This document shows positions 57,406 through 64,000 of a DNA stretch of 64,000 nucleotides, one piece after another. Source of the stretch: Candidatus Latescibacterota bacterium. GTDB taxonomy: Bacteria; Latescibacterota; UBA2968; UBA8231. The notes under the pieces were generated by a model that did no database searches, was not told where the DNA came from, and saw only the letters and a program-made list of their open reading frames with translations. The stretch is from positions 4,352,001 through 4,416,000 of the forward strand of contig OZ252098.1 of assembly GCA_965248355.1 (NCBI GenBank), given 5' to 3'. Made by a program: the position numbers and the translations under genes. Each line of letters starts with the position of its first letter. Position 1 is the stretch's first letter.

Positions 57406-60111
57406 TCAGTAGGCCACGGCGACCGTCCGCACCTGCTCGCTGGTGCGGGCGTCTCCCGCGACGGAGGCCCGCAGGATGTAGATCCCGGGGGGCACGGGGT
57501 TGCCCCCGTCGTCGCGGCCGTCCCAACTCAGCCGGGGCTGCGAGATCGGATCGTAGTGTCCGCTCAGGTCGGTGCTCTGGTAGAGCTCGCGCACCCGGCG
57601 GCCGGACAGGTCGAAGATGTGGATCGTCACCTCCGCCGGGCGGGTGATGGCGGTGATGTCGTAGGCGACCTTGAGCTCGTCGTTGATGCCGTCGCCGTTG
57701 GGCGTGAACGGGTTCGGCTGCAGGCTGATCGCCCCCACCAGGCTGCTCCGCGTGATCGCGGGGCTGAGCACCGTGATCCCCGAGGCCGTGGGCAGGTCGC
57801 CCTCTCCGAGGAAGGAGGCGTTGCCCGGGGTGATGCGCTGCACCGTGCCCGCTTCGGCGGCGAAACGCGCGGCCCCTCGGAACACGGTGCTGTAGAGCAG
57901 GACCCGGCTGCGGAAGTCGATCTTGACGAGGCGCTGTCCGCCGGGGGACGGCCGCTCGACGGCCGGGAAGCGCACGGCAAAGCCCTGATCGGTGACCGCT
58001 TCGACCCCGAAGCTGTCGCCCGCGGCCGAAGCCACGTGATACGGGAGCGGATGCCGGCTGCCGTCGGCCAGCACGACCTCCGGAACGCCGCCGGCGGTGA
58101 TGTCGGCGTTGATCTCCGCCTCGGCGAGGACGTCTTCCTGTTGCGTGCCGTCGAGGACCTGGATGCGGTCGATCCCCAGGACCCGGGTGGGGGTGGAGAT
58201 CTCGAAGCGGTCGAAGCCCTTGACCCCCGGGATGTCCATCAGGGCGCGCACGGCATAGGTGAAGGGCACCGTCTCGAAGGCCTCCACCTCACGGGGGTAG
58301 ATCTCGGCGATCAGGTCGTCCGCGATCGGGGGCGACAGGTACTCGATCGACAGCTGCTCGATCAGCTTGGTGGCGTCGATGGCCTGGTTCCTGAACTCCA
58401 CCGAGAACTGGATGTACCGCCGCGGTCCGGGTGACAGGATCGGCTCGCCCCCGGGCAGGTGTCCGCTGCGATAGGGCGCCGACCAGGGGCTCCACCGGCC
58501 CAGGTCGTCGGTGATTCCTCCCTTGTCCCAGACCAGGGGCGGATTCGCCTCGAGGTTCGGGCTCAGGCCCAGGTACTCTTCCCGCCCCAGCTGTTGAGAA
58601 GGGTCGGCGAGGGACTCGGAGAGCTCTGGATCGCCGGTGCGCTCCACGTTGCGGCGCGAGTAGAGCAAGGGCGTGGGGTCGCTCCCGGTGCGTGTGCGCA
58701 AGACGATCTGGGACAGGTCCTGCCCCGGACCGAGCTGGGCCGGACGGGATGCGGCCCGGGCGGCGCGTTTGCCCACTCCTGCGGTCACCGTCTGTCCGCC
58801 GGTCTCGTCGCGGCAGACCGTCTGGAAGCAGTTCCAGACCGTGATGTATCCGACCCCCTGGCGGTACGGGGATGAGGTCTCGCACGCTCCCCAGGTCTCC
58901 GGGATCTCGTCCACGGTGGCGAATTCCTTCTCGAGGACCTCGCAGTTGTCGGCCACGGCGGCTCCGGCGGCGTCCCCGTCCTGGCGTCTGTCCAGGAAGC
59001 GCTCGATCCAGCTGATGTTGCTCCAGGTCGCCACGGACCCCAGGTCGTAGATCGGCGACAGGTACCGGGCTTCGGAGATGAACCCCTGGCCGAAGACCTC
59101 GAGCTCGTCGAGCTCATAGGGGAAGGAGGAGATCGACTTCAGCCGCACGAAGCGCACCAGGCGCGAGGGGGAGACGGGGACGGTGACCACGGACTCCTGG
59201 TTGTCCACCGTGCGCAGCAGCACGTCGTAGTCCTGCAACTGAGGCACGAGACGGCCGGTGCCGTCCAGCACTAGATTCTGGCCGTCGTGCAGCATCAACT
59301 CGAACTGGCGCAGAAAGTCGTTCTGGAAGGGATAGTTGGGAGCCGGCTGAATGGTGTTGCGCGGGTAGAAGCGGACCCGGTTGACGCCGATCGGGGCGCC
59401 GAGGTCGAGGACGACGAAGGTCCCCAGCGCCCCCCGCTGCCCCTTGCGCTGGAAGGCGTCCTCGGACCCCCCCGGTGTGATCAGCTCCAACAGGATGGGA
59501 TCGAGGACGGATCTGGAGACGTCCTTGATCGCCGGGGCCTTGATGCGTCCGCCCCACCCGAGGGCCAGGTGGGCCACGTTCTCCCCGAAGGCCACGTGGT
59601 CCGGCGCCAGGGCGACGGGCAGCACCACCGGGTTGACGCCCTCTTGCCGCACCGTGTCCAGGGCCGCGTCCACGACCTCGACCGCCGACAGCAGGTCGGT
59701 GCCCGGCGCCAGCCGGAGGATGACGGAGAGCAGGTTTCCGCTGGCCACGACCTCGGTCTCATCGACTTCGGGCACCTCCTCGACTGCCGATTGCAGCGCG
59801 GCGGACAACCGGTCCGTCAGCACGGCGACGTCTCGATCGGCGGCTTCGATGACTGCCTTGATGAGCAGGCGGGGGGCCGTGTCCTGGAGCTGGGCGAGGT
59901 CGATGAGGTTCCCCGGCGTGCTGCCGATCTCGCTGAACTGCCGCTCGACCTTGTACTCGGGCGGGATCGTCGAGACGCCTTCGAGGAAGGAATCCCCGGA
60001 CCAGGATACATTGCCGAACAGGCCCACGCGCAACGTGTCCAGCGACGCCGCGGGCGCCGCTGCGATCAGGACGCAGGTCAGTGCGGGAAGCCACGGTCTT
60101 CTCGGGGTCAT
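57406..60111 (-). CDS. Large secreted protein with FTPNGDGIND / FlgD-Ig CTD ending TVAVAY (paralog 2)
   Basis: GGAGGA RBS, signal peptide; VNRVRFYPR, RTRTGSD, WSPWS, SPGPRRYIQ, AEIYP; CTD. Confidence 0.85.
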   Translation of the reverse strand: MTPRRPWLPALTCVLIAAAPAASLDTLRVGLFGNVSWSGDSFLEGVSTIPPEYKVERQFSEIGSTPGNLIDLAQLQDTAPRLLIKAVIEAADRDVAVLTDRLSAALQSAVEEVPEVDETEVVASGNLLSVILRLAPGTDLLSAVEVVDAALDTVRQEGVNPVVLPVALAPDHVAFGENVAHLALGWGGRIKAPAIKDVSRSVLDPILLELITPGGSEDAFQRKGQRGALGTFVVLDLGAPIGVNRVRFYPRNTIQPAPNYPFQNDFLRQFELMLHDGQNLVLDGTGRLVPQLQDYDVLLRTVDNQESVVTVPVSPSRLVRFVRLKSISSFPYELDELEVFGQGFISEARYLSPIYDLGSVATWSNISWIERFLDRRQDGDAAGAAVADNCEVLEKEFATVDEIPETWGACETSSPYRQGVGYITVWNCFQTVCRDETGGQTVTAGVGKRAARAASRPAQLGPGQDLSQIVLRTRTGSDPTPLLYSRRNVERTGDPELSESLADPSQQLGREEYLGLSPNLEANPPLVWDKGGITDDLGRWSPWSAPYRSGHLPGGEPILSPGPRRYIQFSVEFRNQAIDATKLIEQLSIEYLSPPIADDLIAEIYPREVEAFETVPFTYAVRALMDIPGVKGFDRFEISTPTRVLGIDRIQVLDGTQQEDVLAEAEINADITAGGVPEVVLADGSRHPLPYHVASAAGDSFGVEAVTDQGFAVRFPAVERPSPGGQRLVKIDFRSRVLLYSTVFRGAARFAAEAGTVQRITPGNASFLGEGDLPTASGITVLSPAITRSSLVGAISLQPNPFTPNGDGINDELKVAYDITAITRPAEVTIHIFDLSGRRVRELYQSTDLSGHYDPISQPRLSWDGRDDGGNPVPPGIYILRASVAGDARTSEQVRTVAVAY

Positions 60112-60225
60112 GGTTTCCTCCGGTGGCATTCGGCCCGGACGCAAGATTGATTCCCCGGGCCGGCTGCATAGATTGTAGAAAAATCCTTCCTCGCTGACGA
60201 GCCCCGCTTGAGAGAGGGGGAGAGC

Positions 60226-62374
60226 ATGACCCGCCCGAGTCCGCTGTGCCGCATCCCGTCGGCCCTTCTCGGGGCCGCCTGCGTCCTCTGGCAGCCGGCC
60301 ACGACCGCGGCCTTCGATGTCTACAAGATCGGTGGCCCGGACGGCAACGCCTGGGGGGCGCCCATCTCCTTTGAGCCTGGAACCTCACGGATCTTCGACG
60401 TGGAGGGAGCGGTGGTCGGCACCCGGAGTCTGTCGACGATCCGGACCTTCGCCACCTGGGGCGATACCCTGACCGAGGTGGTGGACAGCCTCGGGGGCCT
60501 GTGGCTGCAGCCGTTCTACATCCCCGACACCCTGAACCTCGCCCAGGACGGCGTCCGCGAACGAATCGGGAGGGGCATCTCGAACAACATCATCACCAGC
60601 GGGACGTGCTACAACAACATCTCGCAGGTGACCAAGGCGCGGCCCATGTTCGACGGCGATCCGACGACGGCGGCCTTCTATACCGCCAGCGCCTCGGACG
60701 ATCCGTCGATCCGGCGGGGCTTCTACATCCAGAACACGATCGTCGACCTCGGTCTCAACTACCCGGTCAACCGCATCCGCTTCTTCCCGCGGATCGGAAG
60801 CGAGAACGTCAAGTTCGACGAGATCCTCGAATCGTTGGATGAGCCCAAGCTCGATCCCGAGGCTCTCCTGACGGAGGACTTCTCCGGCAATTTCCTGCCC
60901 TGGTTCGAGCTGGCCGGCGCCGAGGCGGTCCACAACTTCGCCGCCAACTGCTACTGGCGCACCAGCACCAGCCCCTTCTTCCGGCGTATCCAGTACATCA
61001 GCAACCCGGAGCCGGATTCGCGCTGGGACATCCTGGCTCACGAGACGGAGAGCCTCGACATCGTCGTCGACGTCCGCTTCCCGACGCAGTTGTTCCAGTG
61101 GATCACCTTCCGGCCGCTGAACCCGATCCGCAACTGGGAGGTCGCCGAGTTCCAGGTCTTCGGGGAGGGCTTCGTCCCCCGGGCGGTGTACACCACCTCC
61201 GTCCTCGACCTGGGAGAATCCATGGCCCTGGGCCGGATCCGCCTGCAAGGCGCCAGGGATCCGGAGGGGCGCTTGCTGCTGCGAACCCGCACCGGCAGCG
61301 ATCCCGATCCCAACCTCTACTGGGAGCCGAGCACCATACCCGGGGAGCCTCAGCTGATCAGCCGCGAGGAGTGGGAACGGGCCAACATCACCGAACGGCA
61401 GGTCACCCTCGATCAGGAGAACTGGAGCTTCTGGTCCTCGCCCTACGACTGGAATGAGGCGCAGGTCGATCCGGCCGCCGATCCGGCCGCCTGGACCGAC
61501 GGCACGCCGATCCGGTCCCCGGGGCCGGCGCGCTACCTGCAGGTGCAGATGGTCTTCCTCTCCAAGACCAACGACGCGGCCCGGCTGCGGGAGATCGAGA
61601 TCCAGTTCTCCAGGCCGGCGGCCAGCCTGGTCCTGGGAGAGGTGTGGCCCATCGACGCGAAACGCCTGGGGTCGACTCCGTTCACCTACAGCGTCCTGCC
61701 CGACTTCGGGACCGAGGAGCAGGGCTTCGACCGGCTGGAGATCTTCACCCTCACCCGGGCCGACACGGTCCGGGCGGTGCGCGTCGACGGCGGCGAGATC
61801 GACATCCTCGGCGAGTTCAGGCCCCAGATCGAAGAGGACAGGATCCTCCTCTCCCTGCCGGAACTGCGGGGCCCCGGGGACGCCTTCAAGCTCATCGAGG
61901 TCGAGTTCGACACGCGCGTCGTGCGCTACGGCACCGAGTTCACCGGCTGGGTCTTCGATTCCGGATCCAGCGGCGTCAGGCAGCAGATCGAGGCCGGCGA
62001 GGCCAACGTGGCCTTCCCCGGCAATGCCCTGGGCGTGCGCACGGGGGAGGTCGGGGCGGAGTTGATCACCGGGGTGGTGGCGGCGCCCAATCCATTCACG
62101 CCCAACGGAGACGGCGTGAACGACGAGGTCTTCTTCCGTTTCCAGGTGCACGAGCTCTCCGATCCCAGGGTGCTGGAGGTCTCCCTCCACGACCTGTCCG
62201 GCCGCTTGGTGCGCCGCCTGAGCGACGACGCCATCGTGCGGGGGATCTACGGCGAGGCGGGCGTCCTGGGCTGGAACGGCCGCGACGAGAACGAGGCCGG
62301 TGTTCCGGCGGGGATCTACCTCTACCGGATCCTTCTCGAGACCGACTCCGGCGAGGAACAGCGGCTGGGCACGA

Positions 62375-62391
<17 letters not shown>
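60226..62391 (+). CDS. Secreted protein with FTPNGDGVND / FlgD-Ig CTD ending TIAVAY (paralog 3)
   Basis: Signal peptide; VNRIRFFPR, RTRTGSD, WSFWS, SPGPARYLQ, GEVWP; CTD. Divergently transcribed from paralog 2. Confidence 0.85.
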
Positions 62392-63197
<806 letters not shown>

Positions 63198-63214
<17 letters not shown>

Positions 63215-64000
63215 GATCGCCGTCCCCGCGGGGCTCCTGCTCGCCGCCCTCTCGCCCGGGGCGGCCGAGGTGATCGATCTCGGCTTCGACCGCGTGAGCT
63301 GGCGCTTCGAGAGCCGCGGGCTCTACCTGGAGGTGGCCGACCCGCGCGGTCTGCGCCAGGTCTTCCACCCCTGGGCGCCGGCCGCGGCCGGCGACTACGG
63401 AGCCCTGACCACCCGCGTGCGGCTTCCCCGGGACTGGCGGGGTCCGGTGTGGCTCAATCTCTTCGCCGAGGACACCTACGTCGCCGAGGGATGGGACCAG
63501 GCCCGTGAGCGCTGGACCCACACCTACGCGTCGGCCCACCACTTCGCCGGCCACCGCTTCAAGCAGGTCCTCGTGGACGGGCGGATCGTCTGGGAGCGGG
63601 ACGTGGGAGACGCCGAGGGCGCCGGCAGCTACGTCCAGGTCGACCTCGGAGATTTGGCCCCGGGAGACGAGTTCGACCTGACCCTGCGCATCTTCGACCG
63701 GGTGGCCTCGGCGGAGCGGCTCCCCGGCGACGAGTTCTTCCTCGGCGTGTGGAGCTGGGACGGACTCGCCGATCCCGAGGAGGCCCGGAAGAGGTTCTAT
63801 ACCCGCCTCTTCCTCGGAGACGTGGCCCTGAGCCGGGAGCCGCTGCCGTGGGAGCGGAACCCGGCGCGGCGGCCGATCCCCTTCGCGCCGGTGACGCCGG
63901 AGCCGGCGGAACCGGCCCCCGAGGGGCGGCACACCTTCCGCCTCGATGCGCCGGGCGGCCTGCCGCCGGAGGGTTATCCGGCGACCTGGGGCGTGCCTTT
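63198..64000 (+). CDS. Secreted hypothetical protein, 5' part; runs off the window
   Basis: Translated by hand: MPLPSRIAVPAGLLLAALSPGAAEVIDLGFDRV...GHRFKQVLVDGRIVWERDV...GYPATWGVP, open to the window end. Confidence 0.7.

Overview
A very GC-rich (about 70% by eye) bacterial chromosomal segment. The many FlgD-Ig/T9SS-like C-terminal domains, a C-terminal 'SWGRIK' motif and the TPR-fused membrane transferases suggest an FCB-group candidate lineage such as Latescibacterota; this is inference only. 1-21.6 kb: TetR-regulated RND efflux operon, metal-dependent hydrolase, circularly permuted flavoprotein fused to a membrane ferredoxin, DUF3179 and DUF255 proteins, threonine aldolase, a coupled GGT / DNA methyltransferase / glycosyltransferase operon, ADH, an 89-bp IS5-like miniature element, an SSS symporter and a heparinase-like/beta-propeller protein. 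21.6-27.2 kb: a lower-GC island (FlgD-CTD protein, TPR protein, secreted Cys-His-Asp transglutaminase-like protein, TPR protein, orphan FlgD CTD) lying between a full and a truncated copy of one gene. The TPR/FlgD junction has a dnaX-like -1 frameshift layout (SD, 10 nt, G-GGC-CCT, 6 nt, 14-bp hairpin). 27-34 kb: Zn-ribbon protein, decayed SDR, amidase, Gfo/Idh/MocA, HTH, RtcB, SulP. 34-64 kb: a large envelope locus with three paralogous secreted 'FTPNGDG..AVAY' CTD proteins, a parvulin foldase, a putative OM protein and six TPR-fused proteins (TMTC-like, ArnT/GT39-like, two SGNH, MFS-spermidine synthase, CRTAC1/ASPIC). This may be a secretion plus protein-modification system. I saw no rRNA, tRNA, CRISPR array, integrase or transposase. 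All product calls come from motif recognition by eye; no database searches were run.
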